A stretch of DNA of 64,000 bases, from positions 930,001-994,000 of the forward strand of contig OZ025783.1 of NCBI GenBank assembly GCA_964019425.1. Reading direction: 5' to 3'. The notes below the pieces were generated by a model that did no database searches, was not told the DNA's origin, and was given only the letters and a program-made list of their open reading frames with translations. This DNA comes from Flectonema sp. DT1601. Taxonomy: Eukaryota. The position numbers and the translations under genes are program-made. Below, piece by piece: positions 10,219 to 21,186 of this stretch. Position 1 is the first letter of the stretch, and each line of letters begins with the position of its first letter.

Positions 10219-13183
10219 TCATTGTGTGCCGAATCTAACACCAGATTTCTGCATTTGCTCAGCCCGGTAGGCACTTCGAGTTTCGATCATCTTTGAAGCA
10301 ACGTACTTACCCAACTGCTGATAAGCTCTAAAAGTGTTGCTGTCGAATCCTTGCTGTTGGATATCGTGATGAGGAAACGATGAATCAGCCAGAGAATACA
10401 TTTTTAACCACGGTGGTTCATCACCAGTGAGAGAGAGCTTACCTATCCAGATATCACAAGTCTTAGCAGTTGTTTGCCCAGGTTGGAAGGGATACTTAAC
10501 ACGAATATGTAAAACATTTCTTTCAATTAAATCATGATTTCGATGCTCACCTTTTTGCCTTTGAATTGCCCTCGATAAGGCTTCATCTGTAGGAGACAAG
10601 TCTACTTCGATGTCCAAGTCTTTCTCAGCAACTGTTAGAGAAGCCATCAAATCACTGAAGTTTGTGTGATCAGCATCCGCATCAAACATAAATATCTCAC
10701 TGACACCTCTCCTAAGTAATTCATAAAGACCAAAGAAGTCAAACCACCCACCATCAGCCAAGTAAAAATAAGGATCTTTCTTCCATGAGAGAAACCCGAA
10801 GAACTGGTATGCTCGTCTAAACATAGGCAGGTGTAGAAAGATGTTAGATTTATCCAGCTTAAAGACTTGCAACAATAAACCCCAAATAACCATAAGAATA
10901 ACAGGTGTGATAAAAGAGAATAGAGATAATGCAAAAAGCCATACTTGCGGATGCGATAGTTCAGGACTGTCGCTGTCGACTTGAGATGCGAATATTAAAA
11001 GAATAAATGGGATGGAAGAGAACAGCTGTACGAGATAATGACGAATTGGGGAATTACGTCTGAAGCTAAACCACTCTCCGAGATCAATTCCCATTAACAT
11101 CATTGCCATTTTCATCGGTGCAGTCATCAGTGTATCGAATTGAGTTGATAAAGCTGCACCAGAAATGGCCATTCCTTTTGAAAGATGAACATTCAAATAC
11201 TCTGCAGTTCGATACCCTGTCAGAGGTGAACCACAGTACCGTTTTGATAAGAAGAATGGATGTGTTGTTCTGGTTCCTATTCTTGGATCTTGCATTCCAT
11301 TCAATGCCGCGTTACAAATAAAGTACGGCCTCCTTGGAATACTTGTAAATAATTTATCACTTCCATTTTTATAAAAGGATCCTACCAGTCTTCTTCTGTA
11401 CATGTCGTGGAGTGCCTGTCCGAGTGGCTCTCTAATAAACACCTCCACTACGAGTACGTAAATCTGGTTTTGGGTTTTTTATTGCGATCGTCGAACCTTA
11501 AGATTAACAAAAGATGATACATACTAAGAGTCCAAGCAGTAAGTGAGGTGTGGGTGGCGAGTAGCATTGCTCTCCCACTTTAGTCAACAGAGTAGGCTCT
11601 AATGAGGGACCAATTCCAGTTTCTCCTCCGAAACCACATCCGAGGATTCTCCAAAGAAGAACTCTGCCGATAATAAATATGACGGCAATAACACCACACA
11701 ATCCTACGACCATTAATCCAATTATTCGAAGACCATTTCCTTTTGTTTGTCCTTCTGCTGCAAACCCACGAACGACACCGAAGGTGACGGCAGCAGCCAT
11801 CTCAACTGAAATAAATAATTGCGTTCCTTTATTATCATCTTCTGTTATCCAAGACGATAAAAAGAACTTCATCACATGAAGAAGTGAAAAGAATGAAAAC
11901 ACAGCAGTTGACAATATTATAGCACATCGTAACAGGTAGGATAGCAGCTGATTGACTTGGAGAGAACTTCCGACAAACTTTCCTTTTTGGATAGCCTCTG
12001 ATTGCTGTACTGATTTAACATCATCATCACTGGTATCGTCTTCATCATCACCAGTGAAGGATTCGCTGAGAGGGAATGACTTGCTCAACTCATCTGGAGA
12101 ACCATTTGGTGAGAAGATATTTCTTTGATCTGGTAATGGAAAAGGACGAGACATTCTTCTTTTATGATACTTCAAATTACAACCAGATGTCGTCAACTTC
12201 TTCCTCACCGCTCCAGAGCTTGGAGATGTCGCACTGTACAAACCGAAGGCAATAATCCAAACCATTGAAAATCCCAACAATCCTATTGTCGACCATTTCA
12301 CGACAGCTCCTTCAAAACCAGAAATCGAATAAATAGAATCGTCAGACAGGAGAAAGTTCACAACATTCTCTTTTACATCCGAACCAAAGGTCCAGAGCAG
12401 AATAAAATTAACGTACTCAGCCATTACTACGCTGTAAGCAAAGACACCAATTCCGTTATTAGCGATTGCTGCTGTCACAGAGAGGACCAGGTCCATAACA
12501 GCGACAGTATTTCCTTCATTAGCTGAGACCCCTAAGTAGTCACTGTTTACGGTCATTCTTCTTACCAAACGATGAACAGTGTGACAGGCTTCCTTGTCTC
12601 GAGTCATAAACGCGGATCCTGTGTAGCCTCCTCCTGAAACTGTTGAAAGGTAATCGCACTCTGGGAGGATCTTTTCACTTTCGAAAGACTCTAACACGCC
12701 AGCCATGTATGAGGCTGCTCTAATACCTCCTCCACTAAAACAGAGCCCTCGGATTGGCTCTGATAATGAGTGGCCTCTGGCGTACCGACCATTTGCGATT
12801 TCACTCCATTCTGCATCAACTACTTTTTGAAATGGTTTCTTATCCTCTGGTATTGGGGATAGTGCAAGTAGAGGATTTGGATGTTTTAACTCCGCCTCGA
12901 GGTACCGCAATCCATCACTTGGTCTTTCTCGTTGTTTTGAATAGTACCTCCTCCACAACACAATTATAAACATTGTCCCAGTGAGGAGGAGAAGCCAACT
13001 CATCTCGTCGATAACATAAAACATACTTCCAGTAACATCAAATCGAAGTTTAGTCTCCGGCCATGAAAAGAAAATAGTCCATCGAATTAACGATACCGTG
13101 AGAGCTAGGAAAACTAAATTAGGAAACCAACTGGGACCTGGTTTCAGTTTTATTTGTTTCCCTGAAGGAGATGCGGGTATCAT
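10219..13183 (-). CDS. Patatin/cPLA2-like phospholipase with multiple transmembrane segments
   Basis: Motifs are CFSGGGIRAAS (oxyanion loop), LSTVSGGGY (nucleophile Ser), MAISGAA and YLADGG (catalytic Asp). The two ORFs are joined by a phase-0 intron at 11464-11524 (LLGLL|IYVLVVEVF). Confidence 0.8.
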
Positions 13184-14657
13184 ATTTTGACCGACAGTCT
13201 CCTGAGAAAGTTATTTAATGAAAACGAAGCGGGCTGAGGAATTCAAAGCGAGTCAAGAGCAATATAAGTCATTTCCTGTAAGGGGGTACAACAGTAATAA
13301 TTAATAGTCATCTTGCTTTGAAGTATCTACGGGAGCTTGATACCTATGCAAAAACGTAACTGCCTACGAATTGCTAACTAAAAGAAGATTTTTCTGACCT
13401 ACAATTCATTTCTAGAGGTGTTGCAAAAAGTTTTTTCGACTTTGTCTTCAATTGCCACAACGATTAATAAAAAAGATTTTTTTTTCCGCACACACACAAA
13501 AAAAAAGGAATGCAATGAAGACGTTAGACAGCCTGGATAGCTGCGGACAAAAAACGGCGGTCAAAACAGCGCGAACGAAACCTTGCTTGGTCGGAAGGCC
13601 TCTCAGCTTCAAGTAGTCTCTAAGTGTGAAGCCCTGCGTCATTTTGCGCACAATGAATAAACAGATGACTTGGGTATCACTCCCAAATAGTGATTAACGC
13701 CATGTTGCTACCATGAAGGAAGCATGTGTCTGGTCATAGTAGTTTTTTTTTTTTTTTTTTTTTTTTTTTTCCCGCTACAAAACAACTCGTTGAAATTATA
13801 TTTTTGTTAATAAAAAAAATTGGTAATCGAGTTTTTTTTACACGAGCGGGGGAAAAAAAATCATCAGAAGTCACAAAAAAGAAAAACTCTGACCTTTAAG
13901 AAGGTCGCTTATTCACGAAGTAAACACTGAGCGCTATTTGTGTAGTATTAGAAGTCAAAGAGGCTTTGCAACGATTTGCAAAACAATTCTTTGAAAAAAA
14001 AAAAAAAAAAAAAAAAAAAACGATACTACTGTGAATAAAATGATTTGAGTTTCCCCTATTCTTAAAGACTCATGTTAACTGATTCCAGAGGCTCTTGAGG
14101 ACCCCCTTCTTCAAAAGCCAGAATTGTTAATAAAAATATTCAGGCTTAGGAATTGTTGTGAAGGTAAGCCTTGACTCTCCATTTTTGAACACCAATGGCC
14201 TTTTTAAAAAGCAATAATATATGCTTGTAGTGCTTAAAATGATTGAAGACGTTCCACTGTTACTGATGGACCTTCCAATAGAAAGTTGCAAGTTCTCGCC
14301 GGGTTTTCGTTCTATACGATGCCTTGAGTACAATAAGTACTTTTCGGACAATTTCTTCTTTTTTTTTTTATGTTCTGTTCTATTTTCATTCTTATACCTT
14401 TTTCTTATTCTTATTCTTTTTTTCTTTTTTTTTTTTCTTTTTTGTTCTAAGATTTCTCTCAATGGATAACGTGTTAGAAGGTTGCTCGTATTCGCTAACA
14501 GAAAAGAGTACCGCAGCTGAAATATAAAGCTGCACTGGAAATACTTTAAACGGCTGGCACAATTATTTCCTGTACCATAACACCGATATAAAGATACACA
14601 CTACGAAGTTGTGGTTGGTTTTTATTTACTGTCTGGGACTGAAACTAGCTGTTTCTC

Positions 14658-15330
14658 TTAGTAAGTGAACTTTCCCTTTCCCTTACCTCTTCCCTTTCCC
14701 TTCATCATGTAGGGACTATACCATCCACTATAATCAATGATGCCCTGTTTTTGTTTTGTTTCGTTTTTGTTTTGTAGTTTGAAAAAATGCCATAAAAACA
14801 GTTCTTTTTAAACAAACCTTTAATCCTTTATAACCTCCCTTGCCTCCTTTCCATCCTTTTTTTCCAGACTTTCCGTATCCAGGTTGGTTGACACGTTTTG
14901 GGTGTACCTGTTGGGATGTTAATGTTAATTCGTAATATAGATAAACTGTAACTATTTATGAGGAGTAAATAAATACCTTCAACTGTCTTCCTTTGAACTC
15001 AGAGCCATTTAACTCAACTGCTTTGAGGATCGCTTCTTCGTCTTCGAACTCAAGGTAGGCGAATCCCTTTGGGTGACCTGTGAACTTGTCACACAATATT
15101 GTAACTCTCTTCACTGTTCCACATGTTTGAAAGTGTTCGTGCAATTCTTGTGGTGTTGCAGCGTAGTCCACCTGTCCTACGTATACAGACCGACTGTCTT
15201 CTGAGCATTCCTCTTCTAATTGCGTGTTAATTTCATTCTTTTGCTCTGATAACTGGTTTTCCATCTCTGCCACTTTCAACTTCATCTCCTCTATCTCCTT
15301 ATCTAAGACTGAATCATCGAGCGTCGTCAT
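14658..15330 (-). CDS. PABPN1: Nuclear poly(A)-binding protein (PABPN1/PABP2)
   Basis: Coiled-coil followed by [15 protein letters not shown]...[15 protein letters not shown]. Introns 14908-14976 and 14745-14817 (both phase 0) give [10 protein letters not shown] and a KG-rich tail ending KGKFTY*. Confidence 0.9.
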
Positions 15331-15589
15331 TTCTTATGCAACTAAAGTTTCCTGAGGAGAAAAATAATTTAATTATCAGCAATACACTCCTCTTCAATAG
15401 TAACAGCTTTCCATTTAGTTGTATAAGTTTCTGTTGAACTATTGCAATTATTTACAACATTACTTTTACCAATTTATTTCTTTAAAAAACAAACAAAACA
15501 GAAGTACAATACAGATTTGAGTGGGACAGCCCACTCGTATATTACAAAACAGGGAAAGGAAGATACGCAGCAATAAGACAGTCATAAGA

Positions 15590-18112
15590 TTACCATCCGG
15601 GAAGACTTGGAGAAATACTTCTATGACGAGAAGTAGTAGCTTGCCGATAATTATCGTATCGTGGAGGAGGTACAGCAGGACTGGCGGAAGACGGGTAGAG
15701 AATTCGTGCGGGTGAGCGAGAAGTAGATCGTTTCGTTGGAGGTGTTAAGAACTCTTGTTCACGTCTAAGTCGATCCATCTCAAGTAACATCAATCCTTCT
15801 TGTTGAATAGCATGTTGTTGTTCTGATTGAAGTTCTGATGAGAGTTCTCTAGCTGCTCTAATTGCTGCATCTCTCTCACAGAGAATGTCTTCTAATAATG
15901 AACTTTCAACCGATTGTGATCTCGAGGGAGTTCTTCGCTGTTGATAATGTTGAGCGCTACCAACACTCTGACTAACACTCTGCCTGTTATTTGATTGTTG
16001 TCTTGGTGGTGTTCTTTGAACTCGAGTAGTATTCTTACCGAAGTCGATTTGTTTTTCTTTATCAGACAATTCCTTCCGAAGGTAATCCATTCCACTTTCA
16101 AGTTCCCTACACTTGCCCTCAATCTTTCTATTCTTTGTTAGCAGGTCTTGTCGAGATGATTCCACTTCTGAGACTTTCTTCTTCAGTTGCTGGGCTTCGT
16201 TGCGGAGTTCTTCTATTTCGTTCTTATAGCGTCCTTCGATGTCTGATACTTCCCGTTGGCTGTTTCGGAGACGGGCATCACCAGCCTGTTTCATTTGCTT
16301 CATTTCTTTGGATGATAATTGTCTGTCGACTTGTAGCTCACTCAACAACTTTCGATTCCTTTGTTCCATTGCAGCATTTTGCATCTTCAACGTTTGCATC
16401 GTCGATTCGTGACTGTAGCCTTGCGCTGACATGTCGCGTATGATGAGCTCGTTTTCTTCTTCTCGAGCCCGAGATGCCATTATTTCCTGTTCCATGACTC
16501 GAACTTGGGTTACGAGTTCTACCTCGCGGGTCATGAATTCAGCCTGTCGGCGTTCGAATTCACGTCTTTCATCATCTAAACTAGGAAATAGTGATTCCTC
16601 TGTTTGAACAATTGAAACAGTCATTGGAATACTTCGTCTTTGAGGAGTAATATTGTTTTCAAATTGTTGACGTCTTGATGATCTGATGGGAGATGATGGC
16701 AATGCTGAATATAAATCCGCTGGTCGAGATGACATTTCAATTATTTCAGCTCTGCCTTCATCATCATTTCTTATTGGACTACCTTCAGGTGTTTCACAAA
16801 TAACAACTCGTTTCTGTGGTGTAATCACCTGCTTCTGATCTACCTGCACAGGTCTTGTTGGTTCAGCAGGAATATAATTATTAACAACAGGTGGGTTTTG
16901 AACAGGATTTGGTTGTACTGTTTGAATAACGTAGGCTGGGTAATTAGTAACCGCCTGAGGGCTATGTTGTGTTGCCTGTTCCAGAGCTTTAGATTGCACG
17001 TCTTGCGCCTGTTTCATTAATTCACTCATTTCGTGAAAGAAGGCTCTCTGAGTTGAATTTATATAATCATCAGCTTCTTCACGAAGGCTTTGACGAGACT
17101 CAACATGAGCAGTATCACCAAGCAGATGAACTGAGTGAGAGGTTTTTGGTTTCATAAAATCAACTGGTCGGATGGCTTCTGGAAGTGGTAACGCAGATGG
17201 CAGAGCTGTTTGAGGTTCGTCAATTGGTTCGGTTTCTGGTGTTTTAAATTCATCACCCTCTTCATCATTATCGTTAACTTCAATACTTTGAACAGCTGGT
17301 AGAATAGAATCATTACGATGTTGTTGTTTAGCAATCTCTCGTCGTAGGAGATGATGTCTAAACTGTTCGAGATGTTCCATCTTGTGAGAGGCTTCCTCGG
17401 TGTCGAAGTTGAGAAGTTGTTGTTCTAATACAGCGATCTCATCAGATAGGTTTTGAGATAATGACTTAACAAGATTGTCACTTAGTGACATTAAACCATC
17501 GGAATAAGATTTCTCTACTGATCGAAGTGCTTGTTCGTGAACCTCAAGTGCGCTTATCCTCTCAGCACCTGCCTTTGCCATGTCCAGTAGTTCTGCTTCG
17601 TTAACTGTGAGTCCTCCGAATACTTTATTGGTATTTAGAGTTTGTTGATTAACTCTTTCTACAGCACCATGGAGGAATAAAAGTTTTGCTTTCACTTGGG
17701 CTCGGAGTTCTGGACCAACTCCAGCTGCGTCAACTTCTTTAAGAAAGACGTTTATAATTTCAGAACGGGGGAAGTTGTGATCAGGTAGTTTTAAACCTTT
17801 TAAAAAACCTTGAAACTGAACCATCACTAATTCCAATACCTTATGATTAGCATCCACTGCTGGGATGATATCCGCCGCTGGCTTTCCTGCGATGTCAGGA
17901 AGTTCCCAAATCTTACTTTTGTCAGACAGTCTGATGAAGAAATGATCCGGCTCATCAGCTCCCCCTCTGTGAGTCTTCACTCGATAGCAGCAACTTAAAT
18001 CATTCTCTTTACCGGCAAGTCTGTAAATAGTCCAGCCCTTGTCCTCATCTTTCGTCATTCTATAAATCGCATTGCCGCTGATGATCTGTTCGGACAGCTG
18101 GCGACCGGGCAT
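15590..18112 (-). CDS. Hypothetical coiled-coil protein (840 aa)
   Basis: Long ORF with E/Q/K/R-rich heptads and a P/S-rich linker. Upstream site is cttctcttctcaAG. No family recognised. Confidence 0.75.
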   Translation of the reverse strand: MPGRQLSEQIISGNAIYRMTKDEDKGWTIYRLAGKENDLSCCYRVKTHRGGADEPDHFFIRLSDKSKIWELPDIAGKPAADIIPAVDANHKVLELVMVQFQGFLKGLKLPDHNFPRSEIINVFLKEVDAAGVGPELRAQVKAKLLFLHGAVERVNQQTLNTNKVFGGLTVNEAELLDMAKAGAERISALEVHEQALRSVEKSYSDGLMSLSDNLVKSLSQNLSDEIAVLEQQLLNFDTEEASHKMEHLEQFRHHLLRREIAKQQHRNDSILPAVQSIEVNDNDEEGDEFKTPETEPIDEPQTALPSALPLPEAIRPVDFMKPKTSHSVHLLGDTAHVESRQSLREEADDYINSTQRAFFHEMSELMKQAQDVQSKALEQATQHSPQAVTNYPAYVIQTVQPNPVQNPPVVNNYIPAEPTRPVQVDQKQVITPQKRVVICETPEGSPIRNDDEGRAEIIEMSSRPADLYSALPSSPIRSSRRQQFENNITPQRRSIPMTVSIVQTEESLFPSLDDERREFERRQAEFMTREVELVTQVRVMEQEIMASRAREEENELIIRDMSAQGYSHESTMQTLKMQNAAMEQRNRKLLSELQVDRQLSSKEMKQMKQAGDARLRNSQREVSDIEGRYKNEIEELRNEAQQLKKKVSEVESSRQDLLTKNRKIEGKCRELESGMDYLRKELSDKEKQIDFGKNTTRVQRTPPRQQSNNRQSVSQSVGSAQHYQQRRTPSRSQSVESSLLEDILCERDAAIRAARELSSELQSEQQHAIQQEGLMLLEMDRLRREQEFLTPPTKRSTSRSPARILYPSSASPAVPPPRYDNYRQATTSRHRSISPSLPGW

Positions 18113-18375
18113 CGTGTGCCCCTTTGTGGAATAGGTACCTTGAGAAGAGAAGTATTAATATTAATTTAAATAGTAGATTCCTTAGAAAGGTTAGAAAGAT
18201 ATTTTGTTTCCGAACTGTCTGTAAGAAGAACAAGAATTGAATAGCAACACTTCCGACTGCCTTGATATGAAGTTGCTCTCACAGATGTCAGATTGTCTGA
18301 AATCGGAGGGTTAAGAAACTAAACGAAAAGTTGATAAAGAAACAAAACGAATAATAAGCAGCCACTTCTTGTGCT

Positions 18376-19410
18376 TTACTTCAACTGATTATCTCCTTTG
18401 CGTTTCTTCTTCTTGCTACCAGTTAGCTTCCTAGCTTCATCCATTGCTATGTCTGCTTGCTGTACAACTTTCTGTGCTTCAATATCTGTCTTTGGAATCA
18501 CTTCAGGAGTCACTTCCGTGTTTACTTCGACTGCAGTTTCATTTTTCCGTACTTCTTCTTCTTTTTGTCTCTTCCTCTCGTTCTTTACTTTTAATTCCGC
18601 CTCCTTCAGTTTTCTCTTCTTGGCCTGCTCCTGTCTCTTCTTTGAAATAGCAGCAGGTGTAGGAGGAGATAGAGGGAACTTACCTGTGGATATATGATAA
18701 ATAACGGCACCAGCAAGCTGTAAACCGAAGGCTGAGGGGATATAAGAAATTGTTCCGTTGACTGCACGAGGACGACCTCCAGTGAGTGAAGGCCATGGGG
18801 CGAGTGGTTTTTTTGAAATTTCATTTGAGAAACAAGCGATGATCTTACCTGGTCTTATTCCTCTTTTCTTTAGTTCAGTTCGGCATTTTGCAGCCAATCC
18901 GCAACATTCCGTATCGAAAATATCTGCGAGGAGAATCTTAGTGGGGTCTAACTTACCTCCGGCACCCATTGAGGAGAGGGTCTTGAAACCCTTTTTTACG
19001 GACATTTCGAGTAGTTTTATTTTTGTAGAAACCGTATCTATAGCATCTACTACATAATCATAATCACCGTTCAGAAGATCTTCAACGTCGTCTTCGAGTA
19101 GGAAGGCGTCAATGACAGTTACTTCACAAAGAGCGTTAATGTCGTTTATTCTTTCAGAGAATTCCTGAACTTTACTTTTACCAACTCTACTGTCTAATGC
19201 GATGACCTGACGATTCTTATTAGAGACAGTAATAACATCGTGATCTACAATAGTTAATCTTCCAATACCTGCACGTGCGAGTGCTTCTGTAACAAATCCA
19301 CCAACTCCCCCAACACCAACAACTAAGCAATGTGAGTTTACTAAACCTTTTATTCCTTTATCTTCAATAAGAGGATGGGTCCTTTCAAAAAGACCTAATT
19401 TCATTGACAT
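18376..19410 (-). CDS. tcdA: tRNA threonylcarbamoyladenosine dehydratase (TcdA/CsdL, ThiF/E1-like family)
   Basis: Motifs are VVGVGGVGG, ALARAGIGRLTIVDHD, SNKNRQ, YVVDAID, SSMGAGGKLDPT and GTISYIPSAFG. Probable start is MSMKLG at 19410. Lys-rich C-terminal extension. Confidence 0.85.
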   Translation of the reverse strand: MSMKLGLFERTHPLIEDKGIKGLVNSHCLVVGVGGVGGFVTEALARAGIGRLTIVDHDVITVSNKNRQVIALDSRVGKSKVQEFSERINDINALCEVTVIDAFLLEDDVEDLLNGDYDYVVDAIDTVSTKIKLLEMSVKKGFKTLSSMGAGGKLDPTKILLADIFDTECCGLAAKCRTELKKRGIRPGKIIACFSNEISKKPLAPWPSLTGGRPRAVNGTISYIPSAFGLQLAGAVIYHISTGKFPLSPPTPAAISKKRQEQAKKRKLKEAELKVKNERKRQKEEEVRKNETAVEVNTEVTPEVIPKTDIEAQKVVQQADIAMDEARKLTGSKKKKRKGDNQLK

Positions 19411-20177
19411 TTTTGTGTGCTTGTCTTTACACTTTACTTTGAAAGAAGAAAGTAAGAAATAATGAAACAACTTGCTTCTACTATTTTATCTTTTTATGGA
19501 AGTGTGTCTTCTTAATAAGTAATCAGGGGCGGCCCACTGCTATGATCAGAACAAAAATATATTTTTAGTACTAGAGTGTGTGTGTCTTCAGGCAACGGAC
19601 ATGGTCTCAACTACTCTGGAAAAAGATATTCGTCAGTTCAAGAAAATACAAAATAAGAATTTGAAGGTTATTAATATCCTAGTTCTGAGAAGAACTTTTT
19701 TTTTACTTTCTTGATCGTTATCAGTTTTCCTCTCTTTTCCTAATGTTATTCGGGGTTTCTTTTTTTTTTTTTTTTTTTTTTTTTTTTGTTCTATTTCAAC
19801 TTCATGCTTTACCATTCTACTCATGAAAGAATAAAAGTATTAATTCCTTACACAAAAGCAACTGTTTTTTTCTTTTTTATAGGAGAAATTATATAGCATT
19901 GCGTGCGTGAAATTGTGAGTAACTCACCGAAAACAACTCCCCTCCAAATACAGTACCACATGTTTATCGCACCAGGATAATTCGGATGCCTTGTGGCACC
20001 AGTTCCTATAAAAACTCTATTACTTTCCAGGTGACTAAACACATAATAGTAGTAAAAATGCTTTGATAAAAAAAAAACCACAATGGGCTTAGAAAGTGTA
20101 AAAGCATTTTCAAAAATAACACCAAACTCATCATGACTTGTGTTGATCAACACAATACGTAATCAGTTGAGTTCCTT

Positions 20178-20849
20178 TTATTGGTTCTGACCATCGTAAA
20201 GTTCCTTTAGGAGAGTTTTATCGCCATCGACAATTGGAATTAATTGCTTCAGTAAATCAACGTTCTCAAATCCATCTTTTTGCATCTCCGCTAAGAGCAG
20301 TTCTTCTGGTGATGGTTTCGGAGGTTCAATTTTTGGTTTTTTAGCGTCTTCGGAATCATCATCAGCCTTACGCTTTTCTTTCGGTTTCATTTTATCAACG
20401 TGTTTCTTAGCGTATTTCTTAGTCATAGAACGCACTTCACTATCATATCCTTTTCTGTTGTCGAGGTACAGATTTCCAGCTACTCCATTAGCCATTGAAC
20501 TTGGGTTCGGATCGGTAAGCAATGACTGTATTGATAACAAAGTCTTCTCTCCTGTGTATGTTGCTTGCCAAGCATTTTGTAATATGTCTAAGCAGATATC
20601 TCCGTTTGAATATACGTTTGGATGTAATAATTTGGTTAAGAATTTAACTTTTGGAGGTTTAAAGGGATACTCTGAAGGAAATTCCACAGACAACTCGAAT
20701 ACCCCTCCCTCATAAGGACTTCCTTGAGGACCTTCCATGTAGGCTTTCCAATTATTTATTGAAGAACCTTTAATTACGACTATGCCTTCAGCTCCATTTT
20801 TTTGAATTCGCTCGTACTCTTTGTTTAAACGAGCTGAGTTTTTTGCCAT
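20178..20849 (-). CDS. Ubiquitin-conjugating enzyme E2 with a C-terminal UBA-like extension
   Basis: Motifs are GSPYEGGVF, YPFKPPKVKF and HPNVYSNGDICLDIL (catalytic Cys). The tail MQKDGFENVDLLKQL resembles a UBA domain. Confidence 0.9.
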   Translation of the reverse strand: MAKNSARLNKEYERIQKNGAEGIVVIKGSSINNWKAYMEGPQGSPYEGGVFELSVEFPSEYPFKPPKVKFLTKLLHPNVYSNGDICLDILQNAWQATYTGEKTLLSIQSLLTDPNPSSMANGVAGNLYLDNRKGYDSEVRSMTKKYAKKHVDKMKPKEKRKADDDSEDAKKPKIEPPKPSPEELLLAEMQKDGFENVDLLKQLIPIVDGDKTLLKELYDGQNQ

Positions 20850-21186
20850 GTTTAGTTAGTTGTGTTTGAAGTTCACAAGATTGCTGTGATTTTCTTTTAG
20901 AGGGAGAAAAAAAAAGAAATTAAATTCATTTAAAAAGAATTGTGGTAATCTGCCAACAGCGAACGATCGATGAACACATCGACTCTCAGAGGAATCCACA
21001 GGAATCTCTGTTTTTACGTCCAAAATGTTGTTAATTAATAGTACAAAAATATAGTCTTCGGTTTGCGAAGAGCACATTGCTCATCGCAGCTGATAGTGGA
21101 AGTCTACCCCAAGTAGGTCTACGACCCTCTCGGGGTAAGGTTCTGACGTCAAGCAGAGCAGTCATTGTCAAGACTGGTGGTGCTTT

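Noticed and set aside
13560..13640. TPP-riboswitch-like AGG-GCUUCA...UGAAGC-UGAGA-GG-CCU on the minus strand
   Set aside because: Only the pyrimidine-sensor half is mimicked. The ACCUGAU...UAAU...GCG.AGG half is missing, and it is not next to a thiamine gene.
15421..15445. SL-like AGTTTCTGT..ACTATTG (also TACAGAAAC near 48648)
   Set aside because: Partial match only, with no full leader, no following GT donor or Sm site, and no tandem array.
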